From Candidatus Elulimicrobium sp. (GTDB taxonomy: Bacteria; Omnitrophota; Gorgyraeia; Zapsychrales; Fredricksoniimonadaceae), in the NCBI GenBank assembly GCA_020720365.1, contig DYOU01000005.1, forward strand, positions 1 through 62,132: a stretch of DNA of 62,132 bases, given 5' to 3'. The position numbers were made by a program, and so were the translations under genes. The notes below the pieces were generated by a model, which saw nothing but the letters and a program-made list of their open reading frames with translations, made no database searches and had not been told where the DNA came from. Within the stretch, counting starts at the first letter, position 1. Every line of letters begins with the position of its first letter. Below, piece by piece: positions 17,007 to 25,628 of the stretch.

Positions 17007-18065
17007 TTAGAAATCCGGATTAGAAATAACTTCACATCCATTCGATCCAACTAAAACCATTTCTTCCAAACGAACACCATAGCGCCCAGGGAAATAAACC
17101 CCAGGTTCAATGGTAATAATCATGTTTTCTAGAAGAATCTCTCCACTCTTTGAAGAAACTCTGGGCATTTCATGGGTTTGAAGCCCCACTCCATGGCCAA
17201 GTGAGTGGCCAAAGTATTGCGCCAGGCCGTTTCTTTCTAAGAACCCCCTCGCAGCAGCATCCACAGCTTGAGAAGGAACCCCAAGCCGAATCACTTTATA
17301 AGCCTCTTCTTGTGCGTTGCGGATCAATGAAAGCCTTTTTTCAAAAGAACGGGGCATTTTACCCAAAAAAAACATACGTGTCAAGTCAGACTTATACCCA
17401 TTCTTTTCAACTCCAAAATCAAGCAAAACTGGTTCAGCCAGACAGAGTTTACGCTCTGTAATACGGGCATGCGGATACGCTGAATTAGGCCCTGATGCAA
17501 TAATGGGAGGAAAAGAAAAATCAACCCCCTCAACCCTAATAAAATTTTGCAACTGATAGTAAATATCCTTCTCCGTCACACCGGGACGAATAAATCTCGC
17601 GATCCATTCAAAACCCTTAAGATTAATCCTGATGGCCTCACGAATCGAGGAAACCTCCTGCGGACTCTTAACTACCCGTAATGCCTCAACGGTTCCTGAT
17701 AAAGCCCTAAGTTTTAACCTCTTCTTTACACATGATTTTAAGCGACTAAACTGATAATACGTCAGATTATTCTCTTCAAATCCAAGAATCCCGACCTTTT
17801 CTTCAATGGCCGCCTGAATAACAGACTCAAAAAGAGACCTGTCAAATTGGACAATATCAATAGCCTGGTTCTTAAAAACCTGCTTAACTATCGCTATATA
17901 ACGAAAATCAGTAATATAAAACGCCTTTAAAGCTGTCACTAAAAGCCACCCATCTTCAGCCGCATGCCCCGTCAAATAACGAATATTGACCGGGTCGGAC
18001 ACAAAAAGAGCATCGACCTTAAGTTTGGGAAGAAAAAACCGTAGTTGGGCTAAACGATTGCGCAC
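17007..18065 (-). CDS. Xaa-Pro aminopeptidase/dipeptidase (M24B)
   Basis: Segments HGVGLQTHE, ITIEPGVYFPGRYGVRLEE and NSAYPHA. The ORF-track start at 18158 is a TTG that overlaps aroQ by 82 nt. The in-frame GTG at 18065 gives the canonical N-terminus RNRLAQLRFFLPKLKVDALFV. The start remains uncertain. Confidence 0.85.
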   Translation of the reverse strand: MRNRLAQLRFFLPKLKVDALFVSDPVNIRYLTGHAAEDGWLLVTALKAFYITDFRYIAIVKQVFKNQAIDIVQFDRSLFESVIQAAIEEKVGILGFEENNLTYYQFSRLKSCVKKRLKLRALSGTVEALRVVKSPQEVSSIREAIRINLKGFEWIARFIRPGVTEKDIYYQLQNFIRVEGVDFSFPPIIASGPNSAYPHARITERKLCLAEPVLLDFGVEKNGYKSDLTRMFFLGKMPRSFEKRLSLIRNAQEEAYKVIRLGVPSQAVDAAARGFLERNGLAQYFGHSLGHGVGLQTHEMPRVSSKSGEILLENMIITIEPGVYFPGRYGVRLEEMVLVGSNGCEVISNPDF

Positions 18066-18076
18066 AGAATAGTTAA

Positions 18077-18517
18077 TTACTTGCTTAAAAGAGCTATTGC
18101 CGCTGAAAGGCCTAATACATAACTTTGAACCCCAAAACCGCTCACCTGGCCAACACAAGCCGGCGCGATCAAAGAATGATGCCGAAATTCTTCTCTTTTA
18201 TAAATATTGGACAAATGCACCTCAACCGCAGGCACATTCACTGCTGAAATTGCATCTCGAATCGCCACACTCGTATGCGTATACGCAGCAGGATTGATCA
18301 CAATAGCCGAAAACCCATCCCGATGCGATTTTCCAATAATATCCACAATATCGCCCTCGTGATTAGACTGAAAGAATGTCAACTCAACTCCGCTAACCCG
18401 CGCCAAACCCTCAAGCTTGGCATTGATCTCTTCCAGAGAAGAAGACCCATAAATTGAAGTCTCACGCACACCCAACAAATTAAGGTTTGGTCCATGAATC
18501 ACAAGGATCTTTTTCAT
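18077..18517 (-). CDS. aroQ: type II 3-dehydroquinate dehydratase
   Basis: Motifs [50 protein letters not shown]. Confidence 0.95.
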   Translation of the reverse strand: MKKILVIHGPNLNLLGVRETSIYGSSSLEEINAKLEGLARVSGVELTFFQSNHEGDIVDIIGKSHRDGFSAIVINPAAYTHTSVAIRDAISAVNVPAVEVHLSNIYKREEFRHHSLIAPACVGQVSGFGVQSYVLGLSAAIALLSK

Positions 18518-18675
18518 TTTGATGCCTCATCCACTAACATAACCGGGATTCCACCCTTGATCGGATACTTCAAAGCGCAAGCAGGATTAAGGCAAATGAT
18601 CTTGCCATCTGCTTCCGTTACGTCCCCCTGACAAGCCGGACATGCAAGAATACTCAATAATGTCGGATCAATCAT
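18514..18675 (-). CDS. Trm112/YcaR-family (UPF0434) small zinc-ribbon protein, 53 aa; not in the ORF track
   Basis: Hand translation gives [53 protein letters not shown]. It has the family hallmarks L..L.CP.C...L, YPI..GIPVML and DEA. ATGA overlaps occur at both ends, with DUF1844 upstream and aroQ downstream. Confidence 0.8.
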   Translation of the reverse strand: MIDPTLLSILACPACQGDVTEADGKIICLNPACALKYPIKGGIPVMLVDEASK

Positions 18676-19052
18676 TGGATCACTCTACCTTTATTTGTCA
18701 CTTCAACATACTTCAATTGCAACTCATGAAGCGTGCTGCTTAAGAACTGATCTTCCTGGGCTGTCAGATTTCCTTTGGTCTTCTCATGAACAAGCGCCAG
18801 CGTATCGAGTAAAAACTTGGCTTGACGCAAATTCTGCCCCATCTGCTGAGTCATCGGATTCGGCACTTCCCCTAAAAATATCATTGCCTGATATCCCATT
18901 GACGCAATATAATTGAAAAAATTAACTTCCACCTCACCAGCCTCATTCTCATGCTCATGTCCACAGCCGCAATCTTCATGATCATGATCACACAACTTAT
19001 CCTGGTTTATCGCATCTTTCCAGGACTCATCTATATGCTTTTCATTGCTCAT
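18672..19052 (-). CDS. DUF1844-like protein with an N-terminal His/Cys/Asp/Glu cluster
   Basis: FFNYIASMGYQAMIFLGEVPNP...NLRQAKFLLDTLALVHEKTKGNLTAQE matches DUF1844 as I recall it. The ATG at 19052 is preceded by GGAGG (GGAGGAAGCTTATG). Confidence 0.65.
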   Translation of the reverse strand: MSNEKHIDESWKDAINQDKLCDHDHEDCGCGHEHENEAGEVEVNFFNYIASMGYQAMIFLGEVPNPMTQQMGQNLRQAKFLLDTLALVHEKTKGNLTAQEDQFLSSTLHELQLKYVEVTNKGRVIQ

Positions 19053-19142
19053 AAGCTTCCTCCAAAGTTTGTCGTAGACTAACACTCCGGCCGAGGAAAG
19101 TCAAATTCTAACCCTACTTTCATAACCCTGCCACAATAGCCC

Positions 19143-19829
19143 TTATTCACCCTCACGAAACTGGAAAGAGATCTGAACATTAAATGTTAACTCTGGATAA
19201 CCCAGGTCCTTAGGGAATGCAGGAAAAGGCGCAGCTTCCTGCAGACTCTTCAAGCCTACAGCACGCAAGAATTCATTGGCTTCACTTTTATTCTCCAGGA
19301 CCTGCAGCTCAGACAAAGCCCCATCTGACTTGATAATAAACGTTAAATAGATCTCACCAACACTCAATTTTGTATAATTAGTGTAAGCTCTATCCCGGAT
19401 CCTTTCACGTACAATCTGATAATACGTGGCATAAGCAGGTGTATTGATCTTCTCTGATTTTAGAATCGGAACAGAGACCTCTTTCGTCACTTTAAGGCCT
19501 TTCACCTTCTCCGGCGCACGCTCAAATGCCTTGAATTGAGAGGCCACATCCAGAACTTCCTTAAACATGGAATCATGCGACTCAGCGAGCTTGGATGGAT
19601 GAGCTGCATCCATCCGTAATGAGTCCACGGGAGGAGTAAACATCATGGATTTCATCTTTGGGACAAACGCCTCTGACTGAATTTCAGGAGGGCGCTCCAA
19701 ATGATAGGCTAACTCAGCCCGATTCTCGACATGCTCAGCTTTCCGGGGGCTTAAATATAACTTTAAGAAAAGTCCAAGATGCAATACCAGAGAAAGAATA
19801 ACTGCATATTTAAAGAATTTATCTTCCAT
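19143..19829 (-). CDS. TonB-family C-terminal-domain protein
   Basis: An N-terminal TM helix (YAVILSLVLHLGLFLKLYL). The C-terminal segment GEIYLTFIIKSDGALSELQVLENKSEANEFLRAVGLKSLQEAAPFPAFP fits the TonB_C pattern. Confidence 0.7.
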   Translation of the reverse strand: MEDKFFKYAVILSLVLHLGLFLKLYLSPRKAEHVENRAELAYHLERPPEIQSEAFVPKMKSMMFTPPVDSLRMDAAHPSKLAESHDSMFKEVLDVASQFKAFERAPEKVKGLKVTKEVSVPILKSEKINTPAYATYYQIVRERIRDRAYTNYTKLSVGEIYLTFIIKSDGALSELQVLENKSEANEFLRAVGLKSLQEAAPFPAFPKDLGYPELTFNVQISFQFREGE

Positions 19830-19832
19830 AGG

Positions 19833-20510
19833 TCAGCGAACAAACATTTCTCTTACGATATAAATAAAGAACCGGATCGTGTCAAAGAACGGATTGATCT
19901 TACTACGTTCATTTGAATAGATCGTTTTGATCGGTACCGATACAATATGATATCGCTTTTTACTCGCCTTAATGAGAACCTCTGACTCGATCTCAAAAGC
20001 TGTCGATGAAAGTTGAATATTCCGCAATACATCTGTCCGGATCAAGCGATATCCGCACTGCGTATCATAAATCTTCTGACGACAAACAAACGAAATAAGG
20101 CCCGACATCACCTTATTGGTAACAAACCGCACTCCTGGCATACCCTTGGAATTGCGCATTCGGTTGCCGCAAATAATATCCGGCTTATTTTTCTCAAACA
20201 ACTCCACAAACTTCCTAAGATCATCCGGAGAGTGCTGGCCATCCCCATCAAGCGTAATAATGGCATCATAATCACGCGTAAGGATATAATCAAAACCACG
20301 TTGAAGGCTGTACCCTTTTCCGTGATTCTTTGTATTGATAAGAACCATTGCGCCCGAAGCGCGCGCAATCTTCCCAGTGGCATCTGTTGAGCCGTCATCA
20401 ACGACTAAAACATGGAACCCTCTGGAACAAACATCCTTAACAAGCGGCCCGAGCGCCTGCGCCTCGTTGTACGCGGGAATGAGAAGACAAATCTTCGTAT
20501 TCAATGCCAA
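19833..20510 (-). CDS. family-2 glycosyltransferase
   Basis: Motifs LIPAYNEAQ, VVDDGSTDAT and ITLDGDGQH (DxD). Length is 225 aa. Confidence 0.9.
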   Translation of the reverse strand: MALNTKICLLIPAYNEAQALGPLVKDVCSRGFHVLVVDDGSTDATGKIARASGAMVLINTKNHGKGYSLQRGFDYILTRDYDAIITLDGDGQHSPDDLRKFVELFEKNKPDIICGNRMRNSKGMPGVRFVTNKVMSGLISFVCRQKIYDTQCGYRLIRTDVLRNIQLSSTAFEIESEVLIKASKKRYHIVSVPIKTIYSNERSKINPFFDTIRFFIYIVREMFVR

Positions 20511-21351
20511 ACTCCCTGAACATTAACCATTGTAATGGATTTTCCCGCACCTTGCGTTCAATCACCGCCACATATTTCTTCATCAATGCAAGCTCCTGCT
20601 GACAGCCATCCAGTGAAGAATCCTCTGGAATGATTGCCTCTTCAACAACAAATTTATACTGCCCATTCACCTGTGGGATACAAAACACTGGCAGAATCGC
20701 TGCGCCTGTCCGACGGGAAAAGAACGCAGCCCCTTTAGGGATCAAGGTCGGCCTGCCCAAAAAAGGTAAAGGTTCACCGAATGAGCCGAAATCACGATCA
20801 CCCAATACAGCCACACACTTATTCTGACGCAATGCCTCAATACAACGGCGAACGGCCGCACTGGTCGGCACAACGGTGACCCCATGATTCGTCCGTTGAC
20901 GATTAAAGAGCTCATTAACCCGGCGGTCTTTATGCGGTAAAGCTATCGCCGTTACTGAATACCCGCAGCGATTAAGGATAGCCGCACCCATTTCCCAATT
21001 CCCAAGATGAGCCGTTAGTAAAATGATCCCCTTTCCTCTTGCGGCAGCTGCATGTAAATTTTCTCGTCCTTCAAAAATAACATCTTCTTGAAGGAACCGA
21101 TCATCTACCATCCTGTACATAAAAAAGAAATCTACCAGATATCGAGCAAAATTACGAAACACCTCCCGTGCCTGAAGGGTCACATCTGCCTTTGTTTTCA
21201 TTATCTGCTGAAGATTATTGATCACAGACTGACGGTCTTTTGTTGCCGCGTAGAAACGCCTGTCAGAACAGAAACGGGCAAAAGCATAGGCGCGCTTCCG
21301 GCCTAAACAATGAATAATAAGTATGACCATGCGATAAAGAAAATATTGCAT
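20437..21351 (-). CDS. LpxL/HtrB-family (lysophospholipid/lipid A-type) acyltransferase
   Basis: HX4E motif LTAHLGNWE, plus FLGRPTLIPKGAAFFS and the C-terminal NPLQWLMF. Its 3' end overlaps the GT2 start by 74 nt. Confidence 0.85.
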   Translation of the reverse strand: MQYFLYRMVILIIHCLGRKRAYAFARFCSDRRFYAATKDRQSVINNLQQIMKTKADVTLQAREVFRNFARYLVDFFFMYRMVDDRFLQEDVIFEGRENLHAAAARGKGIILLTAHLGNWEMGAAILNRCGYSVTAIALPHKDRRVNELFNRQRTNHGVTVVPTSAAVRRCIEALRQNKCVAVLGDRDFGSFGEPLPFLGRPTLIPKGAAFFSRRTGAAILPVFCIPQVNGQYKFVVEEAIIPEDSSLDGCQQELALMKKYVAVIERKVRENPLQWLMFREFGIEYEDLSSHSRVQRGAGARAAC

Positions 21352-21353
21352 AC

Positions 21354-22475
21354 TTAAACCTCTCGAGCCCTTCTTACAAGGCCACTGATATCATCCGCAG
21401 CATTCGGCTTCCCGTTCTCTCGCGCCGCACGCGACATTGCCTTAAGTTTTTCAGGAGACTTCAGCAATAAATCTACCTCACCCGCAAGATCACGCACATC
21501 ATGAACATAAATACCCACACCCTTTTCAAGAAGAAAGTCCATATTCCGCGCCTCCTGGCCCGGCAACGGGTTCACAATAACCATCGGCAATCCCTTAGCC
21601 ATGCATTCAGAGGTTGTCATTCCACCGGTCTTTGTCACAATCAAATCTGACGCATCCATTAATTCATCAATATTGTTGGCGTACTCATAATAAAGAACCT
21701 TATTCGGAGCCAAAGCCGCATATTTATCCAGCCATTTATAAAGCTTTTGATTCGCTCCGGCTACAACGATCATCTGCAAAGGTGTCGGCAATTTCATAAG
21801 GACTTTCACCGATTCTTTCATCGCTCCAAGCCCCTGTCCGCCTCCCATGATCAACACCGTGGTCACATAAGGCTTAAGCCCCAGCTTCTTTCGCGCATCT
21901 TCCTTACTGGTTTTATCCGCAAAATTACTGCGAATAGGGATGCCAAAAACGAGAATCTTATCCGATGGGACGCCTTTCTTGACAAACCTTGCTTTCGTAT
22001 CTTCTGAAGGCACAACATAATAATCTACCCCCTCATGGATCCAATATGAATGCGGTGCCCAATCCGTCAGGACTCCAATGATCTTTAAGTCCAAATGATT
22101 CTTTACTTTATAGTCGGCCACCATCCCGCAAGGGAATGCCTGCGAACATACCACTGTATCCGCCGGAAATTCTTTAAAAAGCTTTTCAAGTTTCTTGTGA
22201 CTGGATTTATAAAGAAAATTACGTAAATTAGCTGAACGCTTAACAACCTTTGGATTATCATACAAATAATCCCAAACCTTGGGCGTATGCCGAATAATGC
22301 TCATATACGCCGCGTTCACCACATTCTCAAGAATCGGATAATTGTATCCAAACCCATTGATACTCTTCACATCAGCATTCGGCATATGCTTTTTCAATGA
22401 CTTGGCAATAGCCATTGTCGCTTGACGATGCCCGGATATCTTTGAAATATACATTAAAAGAATATGACGTTTCAT
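21354..22475 (-). CDS. MGDG-synthase/UgtP-like diacylglycerol glycosyltransferase (GT28 fold)
   Basis: An N-terminal MGDG_synth-like region (ILLMYISKISGHRQATMAIAKSL...PKVWDYLY). A C-terminal GT-B half (LIMGGGQGLG...TKTGGMTTSECMAKGLPMV). Confidence 0.85.
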   Translation of the reverse strand: MKRHILLMYISKISGHRQATMAIAKSLKKHMPNADVKSINGFGYNYPILENVVNAAYMSIIRHTPKVWDYLYDNPKVVKRSANLRNFLYKSSHKKLEKLFKEFPADTVVCSQAFPCGMVADYKVKNHLDLKIIGVLTDWAPHSYWIHEGVDYYVVPSEDTKARFVKKGVPSDKILVFGIPIRSNFADKTSKEDARKKLGLKPYVTTVLIMGGGQGLGAMKESVKVLMKLPTPLQMIVVAGANQKLYKWLDKYAALAPNKVLYYEYANNIDELMDASDLIVTKTGGMTTSECMAKGLPMVIVNPLPGQEARNMDFLLEKGVGIYVHDVRDLAGEVDLLLKSPEKLKAMSRAARENGKPNAADDISGLVRRAREV

Positions 22476-22481
22476 ATCAGC

Positions 22482-22712
22482 TTAATCAATTTCTCCCAAT
22501 ACACTGCCCACCGGAGCTTCTTGCCCAACGGCAAACAAAATTCTTTTTAAAATCCCTCCAACAGGCGCCGGCACATTAAAGGATGCCTTATCTGTCACCA
22601 ATTCAACAAGGTCAGCATCCTTCTCCACAAACACTCCTACAGCCGCATGCCATGCCGCCACTTCAACTTTTTCAATCCCGTCACCCAGGTCAGGAACAAT
22701 AATTTTTATCAT
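22482..22712 (-). CDS. stand-alone lipoyl-attachment domain protein (76 aa)
   Basis: The E2-type lipoyl domain reads IIVPDLGDGIEKVEVAAWHAAVG..VELVTDKASFNVPAPVGGIL, with the lipoyl-lysine in TDKA. The ATG at 22712 shares 1 nt with the lipB stop (TGATG). The ORF-track start at 22715 is a TTG. Confidence 0.8.
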   Translation of the reverse strand: MIKIIVPDLGDGIEKVEVAAWHAAVGVFVEKDADLVELVTDKASFNVPAPVGGILKRILFAVGQEAPVGSVLGEID

Positions 22713-23335
22713 CAATATCCAAATACCTTTTGAAAATGTATTATAACGCGTGATTTAATATCTGCCATATTTACATCACACCCCAACTCAGCTTTAAGAG
22801 ATGTCATTTTAACATCCAACCCGCATGGGCGAATCCTGCTAAAGAGTGACAGATCCGTTCGAATATTCAATCCCATACCGTGATAAGTAACCCAACGGCT
22901 GACGCCGATCCCAATAGAAGCGATTTTTCTCCGGCCTATCCAAACACCACGATTTCCGTCGTCACCTTCAGCCACTATATCAAAATCCCCTAATAAATCA
23001 ACGGCTACCTTCTCCAATTTCTGTAAATACTCCCTCAATCCAATATCCTGCCGCTTCAAATTAATCAACGGGTACAGAACCAACTGCCCCGGCGCATGAA
23101 GGGTAACATCGCCCCCTCTATCCACTTCAAAAAGAACAAACCCCTGCCCAATAAGATCGCCCCTGGATACAAAAAGATTGACGTCTTTAAACTTTCGGCC
23201 AAAAGTAATCGTGGGGGGGTGTTCGCACAGCAAGAGGGCGTCGTCTTCCCCGGACGCAATCTCTGGCAGCAGGCTTTTCTGCCTGCTCATCGCAACAGCA
23301 TGATCGATCAGATCCAGATCGAAAACTTGTAACAT
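22712..23335 (-). CDS. lipB: octanoyl-[ACP]:protein N-octanoyltransferase
   Basis: Segments EHPPTITFGRK, RGGDVTLHAPGQLVLYP, KIASIGIGV and RPCGL. Confidence 0.9.
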   Translation of the reverse strand: MLQVFDLDLIDHAVAMSRQKSLLPEIASGEDDALLLCEHPPTITFGRKFKDVNLFVSRGDLIGQGFVLFEVDRGGDVTLHAPGQLVLYPLINLKRQDIGLREYLQKLEKVAVDLLGDFDIVAEGDDGNRGVWIGRRKIASIGIGVSRWVTYHGMGLNIRTDLSLFSRIRPCGLDVKMTSLKAELGCDVNMADIKSRVIIHFQKVFGY

Positions 23336-23357
23336 TTATAAAGATCCTGGTACAGGC

Positions 23358-24443
23358 TCAGCGCCGCAGCTTGGCACAAATAGCCGCAGCCATTTCCTGC
23401 GTTCCCACAGCCGTTGGATCATTCCTGTCCGCCTTAAGGTCATACGTAACAGCCTTACCTTCTTTAATCACATCCCGGACAGCTTGTTCCAGACGCTGCG
23501 CGGCATCATTCTCTTCCAAGTGCTGAAGCATCAGCACAGCAGAAAGAATCGTTGCCGTGGGGTTCACTTTATTCAGCCCGGCATATTTAGGCGCTGACCC
23601 ATGGACCGGTTCAAAGAGAGCGGCATGCTCACCAATGTTCGCACCCGGCGCAATGCCCAGGCCACCGACCATTCCCGCACAAAGATCAGATACAATATCC
23701 CCGTAAAGATTTGTCAATACAAGCACATCATACAATTCCGGCTTCTGAACTAACTGCATGCACATATTATCAACCAGTACATTGTCAAAAACGATCCTGC
23801 CCTCATATTCAGCGGCGATCTTCTGTCCCATCCGCAAGAAAAGCCCATCCGTAAACTTCATAATATTCGCTTTATGCACAACCGTGACTTTTTTACGGCC
23901 ATGCGTCAATGCATACTCAAAAGCATACCGAATGATCCTCTCGGAACCAAACAAAGAAATAGGCTTGATCGAGATCGCAGAATCTTCACGAACCTGTTTA
24001 ATCGACACCCCGTTGATCATGGCGATCAACTTCTTCGCCTCATCCGTATTCACATCAAATTCAACCCCTGAATAAAGATCTTCGGTATTCTCACGGCAGA
24101 TCACCAGGTCAACTTTTGAATTTACAGCTTTTGTCCCTTCTATAAATTTCGCCGGGCGCACACAAGCATAAAGATCCAGCGCTTGTCGAAGCTGAACATT
24201 CACCGAACGAAACCCTTTCCCTATAGGCGTCTCAATAGGTCCCTTTATAGCCACTTTCGATTTCTTGATAGCCTCAATAACTGATCCAGGCAAAGGAGTC
24301 CCGAATTGAGCGATCGCTGGAGCGCCAACAATCTGCTCATCCCATGCTATTTTAACACCCGTCGCATCGACACACTTACGCATGGCTGAAGACACTTCGG
24401 GCCCAATCCCGTCACCTGGAAGAATAGTTACAGAATGTACCAT
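23358..24443 (-). CDS. icd: isocitrate dehydrogenase (isocitrate/isopropylmalate dehydrogenase family)
   Basis: Segments ILPGDGIGPEV, KGPIETPIGKGFRSVNVQLRQALDLYACVRP, CRENTEDLYSG, NLYGDIVSDL. Confidence 0.85.
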   Translation of the reverse strand: MVHSVTILPGDGIGPEVSSAMRKCVDATGVKIAWDEQIVGAPAIAQFGTPLPGSVIEAIKKSKVAIKGPIETPIGKGFRSVNVQLRQALDLYACVRPAKFIEGTKAVNSKVDLVICRENTEDLYSGVEFDVNTDEAKKLIAMINGVSIKQVREDSAISIKPISLFGSERIIRYAFEYALTHGRKKVTVVHKANIMKFTDGLFLRMGQKIAAEYEGRIVFDNVLVDNMCMQLVQKPELYDVLVLTNLYGDIVSDLCAGMVGGLGIAPGANIGEHAALFEPVHGSAPKYAGLNKVNPTATILSAVLMLQHLEENDAAQRLEQAVRDVIKEGKAVTYDLKADRNDPTAVGTQEMAAAICAKLRR

Positions 24444-24522
24444 GAAAAAACTCCTTTTAGAAAATATAGTTTCAGACAGATGCCGTCATAACCAAGTAAA
24501 AGTCTGACCGTCAGCAGATATT

Positions 24523-25599
24523 CTACTTCTTATTAGGCTGAGATTTGGCGAAAAATTTTAATTCTTCAGGATTCTTGGCATGATTCAATGCTTCTTCAAA
24601 TGAAATCTGCCCTGCCTCATAAAGGTCTTTCAGCGCACGATCCATTGTACGCATACCGAATTGGGCTCCGGTCTGAATAGTCGTATGTAGTTGCTCCACC
24701 GCCTGCTCACGGATCAAATTACGAATAGCAGACGTTGCGATCATGATCTCAGTCGCAAGGACACGACCTTTACCACTTACATGCGGCAACAGGCTCTGCG
24801 AGACAACTCCCTGTAAACAAGAGGAAAGCTGCTGACGCACCTGATGCTGTTGATAAGGAGGAAAAACGTCAATGATACGCTCAATAGTCTGCGGGGCATC
24901 TGGCGTATGAAGAGTAGCCAAAACCAAATGCCCTGTTTCAGCAGCAGTCAACGCAGTCGAAATAGTCTCCAGGTCACGCATCTCTCCGACTACAATAACA
25001 TCCGGATCCTGACGCAAACAACGCTTGAGCGCTTCTGAAAAAGAATGTGTGTCACGGTAGACTTCGCGCTGTTTAACGACAGATTGTTTATTTGAATGCA
25101 GGAATTCAATCGGATCTTCAATACACATGATCATACATTTGCGCTCAGCATTAATCAACTGAACCATCGCCGCCATTGTTGTGGATTTACCGGTACCGGT
25201 TGGCCCCGTAACTAAAACAAGACCATTTCTTTTACGTGCCAACGCAAGAATCGCCGGCGGAAGTTTTAAATCTTCGACGGTGGGGATCACCACCGGAATA
25301 CGGCGTAAAGCCGCTTCAACAGAACCACGCTGTTGATGGACATTTACACGAAAGCGATCAATACCCTCTAAGGCCAAAGAAAGGTCCAACTCTTTTTCTT
25401 CTTCAAACTGAATCTTTTGTGAATCAGTCAATACCCCATAAATCATACGCTTTAAATCATCAACTGATAAAACATCCTCATTCAATGCAAGCAGATCACC
25501 GTCGATACGAAGCACCGGCGGCAAACCTACTGTTAAATGAAGATCGGAAGCACCCTGCTGTATAGTAATTAAAAGCAGCTCTCGTAATTCTCTTTGCAT
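24523..25599 (-). CDS. pilT: type IV pilus retraction ATPase PilT
   Basis: Motifs ASDLHL, GPTGTGKSTT, VGEMRDLETI, GHLVLATLHT, AIRNLIRE. Confidence 0.93.
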   Translation of the reverse strand: MQRELRELLLITIQQGASDLHLTVGLPPVLRIDGDLLALNEDVLSVDDLKRMIYGVLTDSQKIQFEEEKELDLSLALEGIDRFRVNVHQQRGSVEAALRRIPVVIPTVEDLKLPPAILALARKRNGLVLVTGPTGTGKSTTMAAMVQLINAERKCMIMCIEDPIEFLHSNKQSVVKQREVYRDTHSFSEALKRCLRQDPDVIVVGEMRDLETISTALTAAETGHLVLATLHTPDAPQTIERIIDVFPPYQQHQVRQQLSSCLQGVVSQSLLPHVSGKGRVLATEIMIATSAIRNLIREQAVEQLHTTIQTGAQFGMRTMDRALKDLYEAGQISFEEALNHAKNPEELKFFAKSQPNKK

Positions 25600-25628
25600 A
25601 CGTCAGTCAACTCACTCTCTGGCCTGAG

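Noticed and set aside
24444-24522. The pilT-icd spacer inverted repeat CTGACGGTCAG, considered as a terminator.
   Set aside because: The stem would close a 1-nt loop, which is sterically impossible. Alternative pairings are 4 bp or less. The following T-run is short.
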